DNA of 64,000 bases from Octopus vulgaris (GCA_951406725.2 OX597816.1:81530001-81594000); one strand, 5' to 3'. Shown: positions 38,503 to 51,995, counted from the first letter of the stretch. A program made the numbers and translations. The notes: generated by a model from the letters alone, not told the origin.

Positions 38503-40006
38503 GCAGTGCACCTCATATATGAGATGTACACCTAGTATAAGAGGTGCACACCTTATATATAAACAGAAGATGAAGCAGAAAAATGTCAATCCTCTTGCAT
38601 GTAATTTCAGCAAGATGGCACAAAAAGCTTAAAAAAGTAAATATGATATGGTAGGATAGAATAAATACTTGGAGATCTGGATTCAAAGTAGATGGAAATG
38701 GCACCATTACATTGAGAAGCTTTTATTTAAAATGTTTGTCATAACATCTTGGGAATTTCTTTGTGAAAACTGGCTATTAGTGCAAAAAATATATATAATC
38801 AAAAAAGAAAAAGCTTACAGAACCATTGGCGTTTTCTTTATTGTAATCATAGCTGAGTCAAAGCAAAAGAAATAGAAGAGATTTAAAGGTAGATGAATTT
38901 GGCAAGTAGGCTAAGAAAACATTAGGTTATGTGAAGGAAAAAAAGTTATTCTACTTGTAACTACAAATAACATCAAATGAACTTCTTAGAAAAACTGAGA
39001 ACATTGGAATTAAGACTTGAACAGTAAAATGTAAAAGCTACTATCCTTTATTTTACAGGAATTCTGCACAAAGCTCTCCCTGACTTTCATTAAGGATCTA
39101 TAGAATGCAAGAACTGAATAATACTTAATTATTCTCTTTGTGATCACACACTGTATTGTGCATTGTTCTTAAATGTGTTTTTATATCAAAGTTGTCTCAG
39201 GTTCATAGATTTAAAATCAGAACTGAATGTAACAAGATAATGATATGAGTAAAACATGCTTTGGCAATCTCTATAATTTGCCACCATTTTCCAAATACTT
39301 GTCTGTTCCACCCCTATTTTCAGACTGCACCAATTTCCTCAAAATGTAATAATAAATTAAATTAATAAAAAAAAACTTTACCTTTTTACAATTCTCTGCA
39401 TTCTTGTGACTGTAGAATAGGGTCTTCAAACTAAAGTATTTGGACTCATGGATTATTTTTGCTATTACCTTAAACCTGTGAGGAAGCCTCTATATGTCTG
39501 TTGTATCTGCTGGAAATAGCAGCCAAATTACCTTCAAATCAAAACCGTTTCATCTTAAATAAAGAAGGATACTCTGGAAAAAGTACTTTCTGATATATAA
39601 AAAGTATGGAATGGTTAAGTCTGGAACACCTCTGAACATACGTCTGCTTGATTAAGACTGACCTGTGCAAAACAGTAGCAAAACTGATTGTATCTAAAAT
39701 TAACAAAATCATGTGGCTTAAAACACTAACTCTTGATGGTAGTCTTAGAACATTATTAAATAACAATAAACTTTCTTTTAAAGCAGATTCTATCGGATAA
39801 AACAGGAAACAGTGTAGAAAAGTTAGTATTTTCCAAATGTGGAATTAATAATACCCTGTGGATTTACTGATAGCGCTTAGAGACATGACATGAGAACTAA
39901 TATTAAATTTATAGACTTTGATAATATTAACAAAAAAATTTTAACTCATAAAAGCTTCCCAAAAAGATTAACAACAAAGTGGTACTATACAATACATGTA
40001 TGTATA

Positions 40007-40102
40007 CATCATTATCATCATCATCATCATTATCTTCACCACCACCACCACGATCATCATCATCATTATCATTATCATTATCATCGTCATCATCATCATC
40101 AT
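40007..40102. repeat. Imperfect (CAT)n/(CAC)n trinucleotide tract
   Basis: Direct read. Confidence 0.85.
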
Positions 40103-40879
40103 TTAATGTACATTGTCCTTTCGGGTATGGATTGGATGGTTCTTTCTCTATACGTATATCTCTCACATATGCTGATCCCCACTCTCTTCTTTCTCTCTCT
40201 CTCTCTCTCTCCTTCTCTCTCTTTTGATATGACATGTCATTACTTTCATTTTGCTTAAATCTTTATCACTGTAATGTGTTTGCTTTCATTTCTTGATTGA
40301 CAATTTTCATGCAGAAAATGCTAGCTTCCAAATCCTGTTTCCTGGATTAAGTAAAAATTATCAAAATTTAAACATCTGTGACATTTTTCTAAATATTTTC
40401 TGGAATAAATGAATCACTAAGTTGGATTGAACATGAAAAATTAGATCAATGTACCAAATTTGAAAATTTTCACTTAATATTAAAATTTCCAAAATCTGTG
40501 ACAGCAACAGAAAAGATCCCCTCTTTCCATCTAACTCTACAAGCATAAAATGCATCAATTAAATATTAAGTACCACAAGAATCTCCATCATAGAGAATCA
40601 GGAGACAATGTCGCATTTCAGTTCAAACTACTTCAATTTCCAGTGAGTCTTAGTTTTGCCATGACCAGCAACAAATTAAGGGCAAACATTTTCAGTTGCT
40701 GGTTTACATCTTGAAGAGCCCATCACCCATGGTCATCTTTACATTGGATGTTCAAGAGTAGGAAATAAGAAAAGATTGTACATCTATGCACCAAATGGAA
40801 AAACAAAACAAAATTTTATTTGTAGAGACATCATAAATTGACCCAAATAATGCAGAAATCCATCCTGATCAAGATACCT

Positions 40880-41287
40880 ATCCACCAGAGCAGCTGTCTG
40901 GCTTCCGTGCCGGTGGCACGTAAAAAGCACCATTCGAGTGTGATCATTACCAGCGTCACCTTTCTGGCACTTGTGCCGGTGACATGTGAAAAAGCATTCA
41001 AGCGAGGTCATTGCCAGTGCCACTGGACTGGCTCCTGTGGAGATGGCACGTAAAAAACACCATTTGAGCATGGCCGTTGCAAGTACCGCCTGAGTGGCTC
41101 TCATGCCGGTGGCACGTAAAAGCACTCACTACATTCTCGGAGTGGTTGGCATTAAGAAGGGCATCCAGCTGTAGATATTCTGCCAAATCAGATTGGAGTC
41201 TGGTGCAGCCACCTGGTTCGCCAGTCCTCAGTCAAATCGTCCAACCCATACTAGCATGGAAAGCAGACAGTAAATGATGATGATGAT
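40880..41287 (+). mobile_element. RTE 3' UTR fragment with four tandem units of about 65 bp
   Basis: Cores at 40907, 40973, 41037, 41103; common RTE tail and (GAT)n. Confidence 0.8.
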
Positions 41288-42064
41288 ATATATATGTGTG
41301 TGTGTGTGTGTGTATATATATAAATAAATATATATATATATACGCACACACACACATGTATATACACATATATACACAGGCTTCTTTAAATTTCTATCTA
41401 CCAAATCTACTCACAAGTCTTTGGTTAATCTAAGGTTATAGTCCAAGATGTAAAGCAGGGTGACTGAACACAAGTATCTATTTTGGCTACCAGTGTTGTC
41501 ATTGAAATATGCTTTATAAATAGTTGAAACAGATTAAAATAATCCTTCCTATTATAGGCATAAGGCATGAAATTTTATGGAAGGGGGTTAGTCAATTACA
41601 TCAATCACATTGCTTGACTGGTACTTATTTTATCAATCCCAAAAGGATAAAAGGCAAAGTCAAGCACAGTAGAATTTGAACTCAGAACATAAGGACAGAT
41701 GAAATACCACTAAGCATTTTGTCATGCTAACGATTGGCTAATGCCTTAAAAACAGATTAAAATAGTGAAATGACATTAGAAAACTGTTCAATCAAGTAAT
41801 TTGTTGCCAACTAAAAAGAAATATAGAAAAGAAAACCCAAAAAATTTCAGGAAAAAAATAATAAAATAGATTAACATATAATAAAAACAAAAAATAGTCT
41901 ATTACATTAACAGTTTTTAAACTGCCAAAGATAGAGGATAAAGAACTACATTGTTTTATATATTTTTTGTTTTCTTTTCAGATATTCCCTTACACAAGTA
42001 TAGATACATAGATACATGCATACACATATACATGTGTGTATAGATCTGATACTAAAACTAGTGT

Positions 42065-42359
42065 TAAGATGATGATGATGATGACGATGACGAGGAAGGT
42101 GGTAATAATCGTAGTGGTGGTGGTGGTGATGATGATGATAATGACAATGATGACAACGATGATGATGATGATGATGACAATGTGGAACAGAGTGGGGAAA
42201 TTAAAACTATTAAGTGAAGGAAAGGTGAAGATGAGGAAAAGCAGTAGTAGTAGTAGTAGTAGTAGTAGGGGGAGGAGGAGGAGGAGGAGGAGGTAAGGAA
42301 TTATTGAAACAATCTGTGCTGTAAAGATATTAGAAACAGCTTGTGTCATTGTTAAATCC

Positions 42360-42412
<53 letters not shown>

Positions 42413-42430
42413 ATAAGAAAGGAGGGAGGG
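42065..42430. repeat. Compound microsatellite block (GAT/GGT/AGT/GGA/GA)n
   Basis: Direct read. Confidence 0.85.
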
Positions 42431-43149
42431 TGAAAAAGAGAAAGAAGGATAAGTAATAAACTGAAGCAGACATATAAGATAAGCTAACCAAAGACTGTAA
42501 GGGAAGATTTCAAGAGTGAAGGATATTCACTAAACATGCATTCATTAATGCACATACACACATGCATAATATCTGAAGTCCTGCAATAATTTTAACATTG
42601 TTTTTCAAGCATTGAATAGGGCATTTTATGCCAAAATATCAGTTATAAGCCAATGTTCAGTTTCTATCATAATTTAAACTGAGTATTCTAAATTGTAAAA
42701 GCCATACTGCATGGCCTAATTCATTTAACTTATATAAGCTGTACTTTTAGAACTTTTCATAGATTTTAATTTAACTACATACACTTGATCAGCCAGATGA
42801 GGAGCAAGGTGATAAGAAAGGATTAAAAATGAAAAAATTGATATTACTTCCATTAATATTGTTTGAGATTTCAGCAAGGTTACTGCCCTACATCAAGACA
42901 AAAAAGGAAGCAGTAAGCTATCAGTAGAATTTTAAAATGGAAACCTGTTTAGAAATTTTAACTCACAAAAGTTTAGTGTGGATTTTAGAACTAAATGGTA
43001 CACAAAGAATGAAGTATATTTTCCTTTCTCTGCTGTTTTTCAAGTTTTTTTTATAGGGCATTAATGCCACAATGTTGAACTATATAAACAGTATCTTATA
43101 TAAAGAGATTCATAACAATTATATATACTAATAGTGTATGGCTTACTTA

Positions 43150-43205
<56 letters not shown>

Positions 43206-43410
43206 ATTGTGATTCAAGAAATTTCATATCCAAAAATACTGAATGATCTCCAGCAGATGATAAAACCATGATTCCTTTATGTGAATATCAGGAGCTGTTA
43301 CAATTTCTTTTATTTTCAATGGTATTCTGAGTTTGTGATATTGTATGTTCAGATTGAAAATATACTATATGGCTCATTAAGTATTAATATCTATTGTCAT
43401 TTTCTTTCAG

Positions 43411-43455
43411 TTGGTTCAATATGATGGACTTTACAACTATGAGTGGATTAATGAG
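43411..43455 (+). other. Candidate 45-nt exon (51 nt with alternative donor)
   Basis: ttttctttcAG acceptor; GAG|GTAAGG and G|GTAAGT tandem donors at 43456 and 43462; phase-0 frame LVQYDGLYNYEWINE open. Confidence 0.4.
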
Positions 43456-43549
43456 GTAAGGGTAAGTAAAGTGCCATAGAATAAAAAGTTTATAGCTTGA
43501 AATTACAAAGGTGTCAATAAGTATTTTGCTGTAGGTATATTTTTGTATG

Positions 43550-44483
43550 ATATGTGTAATGCCGGTACTCACACTCGGCAGAGTGTAAGTACCTTGAGAG
43601 AAAAGCTGGACCTAAGAAGCATCAGTTGTGGTGTGCAAGAGAGACGTTTGCGCTGGTATGGTCATGTGGCGAGAATGGATGAAGATAGTTGTGTGAAAAA
43701 GTGCCACACCCTAGCGGTTGAGGGAACCTGTGGAAGAGGTAGACCCAGGAAAACCTGGGACGAGGTGGTGAAGCACGACCTTCGAACTTTAGGTCTCACT
43801 GAGGAAATGACTAGAGACCGAGACCTCTGGAAGTGTGCTGTGCGCGAGAAGACCCGGCAGGACAAGTGAGTCCATAACCCATGGCCTTCTACATGGGATG
43901 GAGCCGGCCTACGTATGCATACCTTCCCTTCTTGGGACACAAAACTCTACTTGTGAAGACGTGTTGAGGCAAGTGAGGATCAGAATCGAAATCGATCAAT
44001 GGAAATTGCGGATGTGCTACCAGTGCCGGTGGCATGTCAAAACTCTGCTTGTGAAGACCCGTTGAGGCAAGTGAGAATCAGAATCGAAATCGATCAATGG
44101 AAATCGATCAATGGAAATTGCAGATGTGTTACCAGTGCCGGTGGCATGTAAGAGAACTTTCCGTTTCGTGACCGTTGCCAGCACCGCCCCGTTTCGTGTC
44201 CGTTGCCAGCCTCGCCTGGCCCTCGTGCCGGTGGCACATAAAAAGCACCATCCGTTCGTGGCCGTTTGCCAGCTCTGTCTGGCACCAGTGCGGGTGGCAC
44301 GTAAAAAGCACCCACTACACTCATGGAGTGGCTGGCGTTAGGAAGGGCATCCAGCCGTAGAAACACTGCCAGATTTGACTGGGCCTGATGAAGCCTTCTG
44401 GCTTCACAGACCCCAGTAGAACCGTCCAACCCATGCTAGCATGGAAAACGGACGCTAAACGATGATGATGATGATGATGATGA
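43550..44483 (+). mobile_element. Young 5'-truncated RTE-clade LINE (intact ORF C-terminus to 43869, long repetitive 3' UTR, (GAT)n tail)
   Basis: ERRLRWYGHVARM...GRGRPRKTW...DRDLW are RTE C-terminal motifs; CpGs retained. Confidence 0.9.
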
Positions 44484-46419
44484 TAAGTGACAGTCTATCA
44501 AGGTAGGATATCTCTGATAATGCGATAATTGGTGAATGATTGTTTGGAGTAAATAGTTATATATTAACCCATTCAATTTTCCAGTGTTTCAGCAAATATT
44601 TGTTGTAATGGTAACATTTGGTGAAACTTTTCATCAAACATCTTGATAATCTGCACATTTATTGAGCCTCTTATCAACTGTACACAATACCCAAGTTTTC
44701 ATGTCATTTCTATATGGTCGACATCTTTAAAGGTACATGGGTGTCATTGGTTCAATTCCTGGGTCAGGTAGTATGTGTGCCCTTGAGCAAGGCACATCAT
44801 TCCAAGTGTCTACTAAACTGAATTAAATATTGGTTGGGTGCTGTTGTAGCCCTCTCTCCCTCCAACTGTTACATCCTAGATGTCCCACTGAGTCACAAAT
44901 GAGAGGGCTAAGAGGATATCTATATCTAGTCACGACTACATAGCCACATAAAACAATAAGCAAAATCATCATTATACATACTGCCAAGTGATAAGGCAAA
45001 AATAATAAGAAATATTCAAAGGATTTTCCTCTAGATGTTGAATACAGTCAGCCCCAACAGGATTTGATTTCATAACAAACAGGACAAAACTGTAAAACAT
45101 TTATCCATAGTCCTCCCAACTAAATGTCAAATTAAATGCATTGTTGTTTAACTTCATTTATCTGTATAGTTTGCATTCAAATCTTGTCAGGATAATTCAG
45201 GAATTGCATTTATCCAAAATTAAGAAAATAAGTGAAGGTAATTCAGATAATTATAGCCTATCCTCTTCAAAGGTTGACCTTGTGCTAAATGAAAAAGAGA
45301 TCCCTATTATAGAGGCAATGATAAAATGAAGATTTCAAGTGAGAACTAAATATCGCAATAAAAAAGGCAGTGAAGTGCTTGACTAAAATAACTTCCAATG
45401 TTTTGTTACAGTCTTTAACAAACTCAATATAAATTCTACAGATTTAATTTAACTTTTCATTTCTATGAAACTAATAAAAGTACCAGTAATATTCCTGGCC
45501 ATGTCTATTGGATGTATCTTTCCATTACAAATTTTTTGGTCCTTTACCAAATTATGAAATTGTTATGTTTATAATAGGGAGAATAGATTGGAACAAATAG
45601 TGTCTAAGCACATTATAGAATATAGTGTAGCTAAGTTCACATCACACTGTTGCTGATAAATGGATGATAATTTGTCATTCATTCCTTCAAGACTTATTTG
45701 TTATTTTAGCCTCAAGTAACCCTTTACTGAGCAGATCTATGATGAAAGCCATTCCACCCATGAACACTGTTTTTTTTTTCTAATATAGTGTATTTAGGTC
45801 TGCAATTCCTTCTTTAAGACTATACAGTGTGATTTGAGGGAGATTTGGCCACTATTTCCAGTTGGTCAACAGACTGTGTGGAGGTGCCCTCATTGACTTC
45901 TAGAAAGAAGCACCAATAATATGACAGAATCATTTCAATTAGCTACAATTTGATGACAGGAAAAGTATCTAGCTGTAGGAAATCTGCCTCAACAAATTCC
46001 ATTCGACCCATGCAAGCATGGAAAAGTGGATTACGATGATGATATTTCAGTGTTCACCCAGGATGATTTGAGTAGTTCCAATTAGTGAATCCACAGCATC
46101 ACAAGAACAGAGGACATCATGCTCAGTGACCACTAACAATTAAGCAGGCCCCCGATGAAAATGTTTTAGCCATGACCACATTGTTTTCTTTTCAGACACA
46201 GTATATCTAGGATTACATTATCCAATGTGTTTTGCCTTGTTTGATGCAGTAAGGACATCACATAGCAGTCCCAATATTTGTTGTTTATTTAGCCCCAGGT
46301 CAATCCCAATTAAGTACACCTCTGATCAAAAAGTTATCCAGCCATGCAGCACCATCATTTTAGAGTTATGTAGGACTATGTTATCTTGTCCTTGTATGAA
46401 GGGTACAGATCCCCTTTGA

Positions 46420-46740
46420 TCATGAATGATCATAGGATTGTACCAAGAAAGTTACTCTCCAAGACACAAATCCAAACAAAGTTGTATATGGAAGACCAGC
46501 TGTCACCCATGCATACCAGCCTCCCTTCTCCACACCATTGAAGTTATCCAAGGGAAAGACAAAGGCTGATAAAGCTTGGCACTAGTGATGTTACAATTCA
46601 TTTCTACAGCTGAGCAAACTGGAGCAACATGAAATAAAGTGTCTTGCTCAAGAACACAACACACAGCCCAGTCCAGGAATCAAACTCACTACCTCATGAC
46701 TGTGAGCCCAGTGCTCTAACCACTGGACCAAGCACCTTCA
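46420..46740 (-). mobile_element. SINE family C, near full length
   Basis: Minus strand tggtccagtggttagagc (A box) and gagtttgattcc (B box), then cttgagcaagacact. Confidence 0.7.
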
Positions 46741-47129
46741 CTGTCTTCATATAAGAGTGTAGAATGTGATATGAGGGAGATTTAGCTGTTATTTCTAGCA
46801 GGTCAATTTATAGAGGCTTCCTAATTGGGTAATATGCTGAGTTTGCTTCAGCAGACTGTATCCAATTGCCTTAGAATTCTGTAACCTCATGTCAATGCAA
46901 GAAATCATTATGGTAGCAGTGATAGAATAAAGATATCAAATTAGAATCCTTCACCAATAAGGATTTTACAAGATAGGAACTGATTTGGTTTTTAAACAGT
47001 CTCTAATGCTTTAATGGTATTCCTGGTCACATACTGAATGGTGAAGTTACAAGAATAACTCACAGAAATCTCTCAAACAACTTTACATTTGTTATATAAA
47101 TATTGTTTTTTGGCTTATGCATGTATCAT

Positions 47130-47408
47130 AAATAACACACATAAGTACATACATAGACACACACACACAGTAGCATATATACAAATATTTTGCGGTTTAC
47201 TGACAGAATATATCATATACATGCACATGCATATACATACATATGTGAGCATTACATGCATATGCATACACACACACAAATACACTCACATATATACAAA
47301 TGATGTTCTTGTTTACTAATACATTCATATATACATAAACATATACAAAATTCTTATGAATGTATACACTCAAGTACACATACATTTGAATAACCAACAT
47401 GTATTAAT

Positions 47409-47451
<43 letters not shown>

Positions 47452-47528
47452 CCCATACACACAGTTACAAATACATACTCTTTCCAGCTAACAGAAACAA
47501 CTAAAAATTTACACAAGAATATACACAT

Positions 47529-47597
<69 letters not shown>

Positions 47598-47754
47598 CGC
47601 TAATGTAGATGCCCTCATACCCAATTTAATGATAAAACCCTCACACATCAATATATACTCACACATTCAAACATGCAGACACACTGGAATGCATACATTT
47701 GCATGCACCCAAATGAATATACAAATTCACATATACACACACATTATAAGAGGC

Positions 47755-47829
<75 letters not shown>

Positions 47830-49030
47830 TATATATATTATATTATATATATGTACACACATGTTGTTCTAATGCAGGCAGTAATGTTGTTCATGGTGGT
47901 GGTGGTGGTGGTGGTGGTGGTGGTGGTAGGAAGAGAGATAGTGCAGAAATTTCTGGAAACTACTAGAAGAGTGATTTATATAGTCCTTTATTGATTACCT
48001 GGGTGATAGGTTGTACTTGGTTCAGGGTGTTGTGTTGTTATGGTGATGCAGCAGAGTACATGGACATTTTTTGTGTGCTTGTGTATGTGTGTGTGTATGT
48101 GTATGTGTGTGTGCCTGTTTGTATGTGTGCATGCATGCGTGTGCATATATGTGTATGAGCGAGTCATCATCATCATCATCATTGTTTAGCGTCCGATGAT
48201 GATGATGATGACTCGCTCATACACATATATGCACACGCATGCATGCACACATACAAACAGGCACGTGTATGTAAATGTTTGTGCATGCGCGTGTGTGTGT
48301 GTGTGAATATGTGTATATATGTGTACATGTGTGTGTGAGTATGTGCATGTGTGTATGTGTGTGTGCATGCATGCGTGTGCATATATGTGTATGAGCGAGT
48401 GTGTATGTAAATGTTTATGCATGTGTGTGTGTGTGAATATGTGTATATATATGTGTGCATGTGTGTGTGTGAGTATGTGCATGTGTGTATGTGTGTGTGT
48501 GTGTGTGTTTGAATGAGTATTTGTCTGTATGTGCATATATGTATGAGAGGGAGTGAGTGTATGTGTGTGAGAGTATGTGTGTATGCATGTGTGTGTGAGA
48601 GAATGTGAGAGAGTATGTGTGTTGTGAGTGTATGTGTATGTGTGTGTGTGTGAACATGTTGGAATCTGTCATTTAAGTGTCAGTGCTGCTATAGAAATAT
48701 AGTAGAGTACATAGATACTCGTAGCTGTGTGGGGGTGGTGTAGGATAGTGATGGGGGCGAAGTGGGGGACGTCATCAGGGTTATTGTATTGTCATGATAA
48801 TACAGTAGGGTAGATGGGCACTTGTGACAAGCTTTATGTTGCTGTAGTGGGGTATGTAGGTCAGCAATTGAGTATTGTCATGGTTAATATGACAGGATTG
48901 TATGGACACCTGTGACTGGAAATTGTATGTGTATGTGTATTTGGATGTGTGTGTATGTGTGAGTGTGTCTATGTATAGGATAATGTAATGAGGTGTGTGT
49001 GTGTGTGTGTGTGTGCGTGTGTGTGTGTGT
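47130..49030. repeat. Large CA/TG/TA low-complexity region with higher-order TG minisatellite units (about 48080-48660)
   Basis: Direct read; gtgcatgcatgcgtgtgcatatatgtgtatgagcgagt recurs at about 48127 and 48363. Confidence 0.85.
48111..48264. repeat. Perfect 70-bp inverted repeat with a 14-nt loop derived from the RTE 3' end
   Basis: 48111-48180 is the exact reverse complement of 48195-48264. Confidence 0.95.
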
Positions 49031-49164
49031 TTATGTGTGCGTGTGCAGATCACTGTGGTATTTTGTTATGATAACATGGTACACAGCACCTGTTGTGACT
49101 AGCTGTATATAAGTGTAAAGGGTGTGTTTATGTCAGACAATCCTGAAGTCAGATTAATATTGTA

Positions 49165-51119
49165 GAGTGGTTCCCAACCACTTTTTTTTAGCTCGTTCCC
49201 CCCTCCCCCACCAACCACCCACTGTGGAATCTTTAATATTTTTATGTAGTGGAGGCTCTTGACATTATTAGTGAAAAAAAGTACCTCAATTTTGTAATAA
49301 ATGGTCAAGGTCACTTTTGAGAAATTAAAAGTAAAATCCTTTAATAAAAATAAAATTCACAAAACTTATCAAACAATAATGATTTCAAATTTTGGCACAA
49401 GGCTAGCAATTCTGGGGAAGAGGATAAGTCGATTACATTGACTCCAGTGTTCAACTGGTACTTATTTTATTGACCCCGAGAGGATAAAATGTAAAACTGA
49501 GCTTGGTTGAATTTGAACTCAGTATGTAGAGATGAATAAAATGCAGCTAAACATTTTGCTCAGCGTGCTAACAATTCCGCTAGCTCACTGCATTAGTTTA
49601 TCAAATAATAATGATATTTTAAATAATGTTTTAAATTAGTTTTATTATCATAAAACTTATTTCTATGAATATTTTTAAAATTGATAATTTGTCATGAAAA
49701 CAATTGTGAATTAAAATTGATAATAAATAAGCAATTAAAATGAATTTTTTTCAAAGTGATCTGTTTTCTATCATTAACATGATAAACTCCATTAGAAAAT
49801 CAGTTTCTATTAATTGCACATTTATTTTGTTATTCTATTTCACAAAAACAAAAATATTTTTGCGGTTTCAATAAAACAACCATTTATAATCATTAACTAT
49901 TTTTCTGGTATATCACACAAAGCAAAAAACTTCTATTGACATCCAGAAAATAAAATAATTAAAAAGAAAACCAATTACTTTTTGAGATCCCTTATCAAAG
50001 TGAAAAGAATATCATACTACCTTTTTATCCAGTGAGATCTTGTGGCTGAAGCAATTTTCCAAGTTTTTCAGTAGCAGGGTCCATAGTTATTAGAGACAAG
50101 GGAGGATCATCTTTACTAAGAATTTCTAAGGAATTGCATACAACTAATACTAGGAAAGACACTTGGTTAAAATCTGGCTCAACTAGGTAAGATATAGGAA
50201 AGGCAATGAAATATAATTTTATTTCCTACCAAAGTAATGGGAATTTTATAGCAATTTCACACCTTGTCCACTAGTTATTGAACTTATGATTAAATTTAAT
50301 TTGAGCAGTTTGATTATTCTGCAACTTAATGTGACTTTTTTGTAGTTTGATATCAATATTTGATGCATTTGTTCCAAATGAGTCTACAACCCAACTTGGA
50401 ATATTCATTTCCAGGAGGTCTTTTAACCTAATTTCCATATCATTGTGCAATTTCTTCAATTGCTCAATGTACACTAAAATATCATTATCTTGCAGTTCCT
50501 CGTCAATTGCTGCAAAGGTTAAAAATGCATCAGCTTCTTACATCCTGTATTTATACTGAAGAAATTAAGTTCAAGGAAAGAATAGTAGCTTCTTTGCAAA
50601 TTAAAATATTTGTATTTTTACCTTGTAGCTGTTTGTTTAGCAAATTTAGCTTCTCAAAATATATCTATAATGTAGAATAGATCATATTTGGCAGCTAGGA
50701 TATTTTCTCCAAGCTGCTTATCATTCAGAAACATTACAACACTGTCCCAAAGTTCAATGAAGCGATGCAGGTAATTATCCTTAGAGATTGTCACCTGATG
50801 TATGAACTTTAAAGCAATAACATAATATTTAATTCATACAAGACTTTCCAAAACCAACTTGATACTTTATTCATCAATGATAAATTGTTATCAAAGTGTC
50901 AGATGAATCTCTTTTTTTCCTTTCTTGTCATGACAGAACTTTTGCTATAGAAGATGTATTGTATATGTATGTTTTTGTTTTAGAAATCTTAAAGAGTTAC
51001 AGTCAGAAATAGAAAATTCTAGAAACAGAGTAGTTGTGAGCCTCTTCATTGAGCCAATAACTCCTCTTGATTCCTAAATTTTTAGGAACTTTATCATGGC
51101 CCCAGGTTAGAAAACATTG
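49165..51119 (-). mobile_element. hAT (Charlie/Buster, SCAND3-like) transposon remnant with nested SINE A (about 49378-49590)
   Basis: Minus-strand peptides LHNDMEIRLKDLLEMNIPSWVVD and FPISYLVE; hAT-like ends agtggttcccaacc and ggttagaaaacattg; no 8-bp TSD seen, so the ends may belong to different elements. Confidence 0.65.
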
Positions 51120-51995
51120 TTGAAGGGTACAAGGATTGGATATTTGTAATTGTGTGTCTGTGTGTGCATGTGCATGTATGTGAGATTGCTTCTTTTTCTT
51201 TAAGAGACAGCCTTTTTCAAGGACTCCAAGTATAGTGGGACTAATTGAAGGATTTACCCTCAGACTGGAGACTGGCCCACATGTTTGCAAAAGAGTCAAC
51301 CTTGCTAGAGGCACCCCAGAGTCAGGTGGCAATGTTAAACTTGTCTATGGATTAAGTCTAAAACTGAAAACATGGACAATACTCCTATGAGCTTCCACAC
51401 AATTTTCATCCACCAAAATTCACTCACAAGGCTTTGACTGAGCTGAGGCTATGTTAGAAGATGCTTACCCTAGATGCTACACATTGGAAGTGAATCCCAA
51501 ACTACATACTTACAAAGTGAACTTATAAATCATACAATCATGGCTACACCCAGAATGTGTCTTGATAATAAATACTTTTTTCATTATATACTTGAAAAGT
51601 AGTGACTCATAAGGGAAAGGGGAAGAGCTTTTGAATTTTGGAGACTTTCTAAAACTGGGAATTTCTGCAGATTGATGCCTATACGAAAATAAGAGTAGGG
51701 AAAAAATTCTGGTGGGTTGCAGTTATGGAAATTAGGCAAAAATCATTTAGTGTGAGATCTGAGAGTAAGACAGTTGGTAGTGTGCCAAATGGTTGAAGAG
51801 ATGGGCTAGGATCATTTTCATTGCTTAGCTCCAGGTTTGCCTGAAGAGAAACCGATGACCAAAGGCATTCCAGTCATTCACATCATTTTATATATACATA
51901 CATGCATACATACATACATACATACATACATACATACATACATACATACATACATACATACGTATGCACACACACACACACACATATATATATTA

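Noticed and set aside
39382-39409. 28-nt minus-strand AG..GT segment
   Set aside because: Not a multiple of 3, no neighbouring exons, compatible with chance
39890-40258. Poly-His, poly-Asp and poly-Ser ORFs
   Set aside because: (CAT)n tract open in several frames, with no splice signals
40907-41130. CRISPR array
   Set aside because: Spacers are homologous to one another, repeats are degenerate, the context is a eukaryotic LINE 3' UTR and there are no cas genes
41990-42349. Hydrophobic or poly-Met ORFs
   Set aside because: Compound trinucleotide microsatellites
43543-43869. Host gene ORF of 108 aa
   Set aside because: It is the C-terminus of a 5'-truncated RTE ORF
44385-44407. Hammerhead ribozyme at ctgatgaagcc
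   Set aside because: It is a simple tgaagcc/ggcttca hairpin; no GAAA follows stem II
47089-49053. Many HT/YI/CV-rich ORFs
   Set aside because: Translations of CA/TG/TA microsatellites
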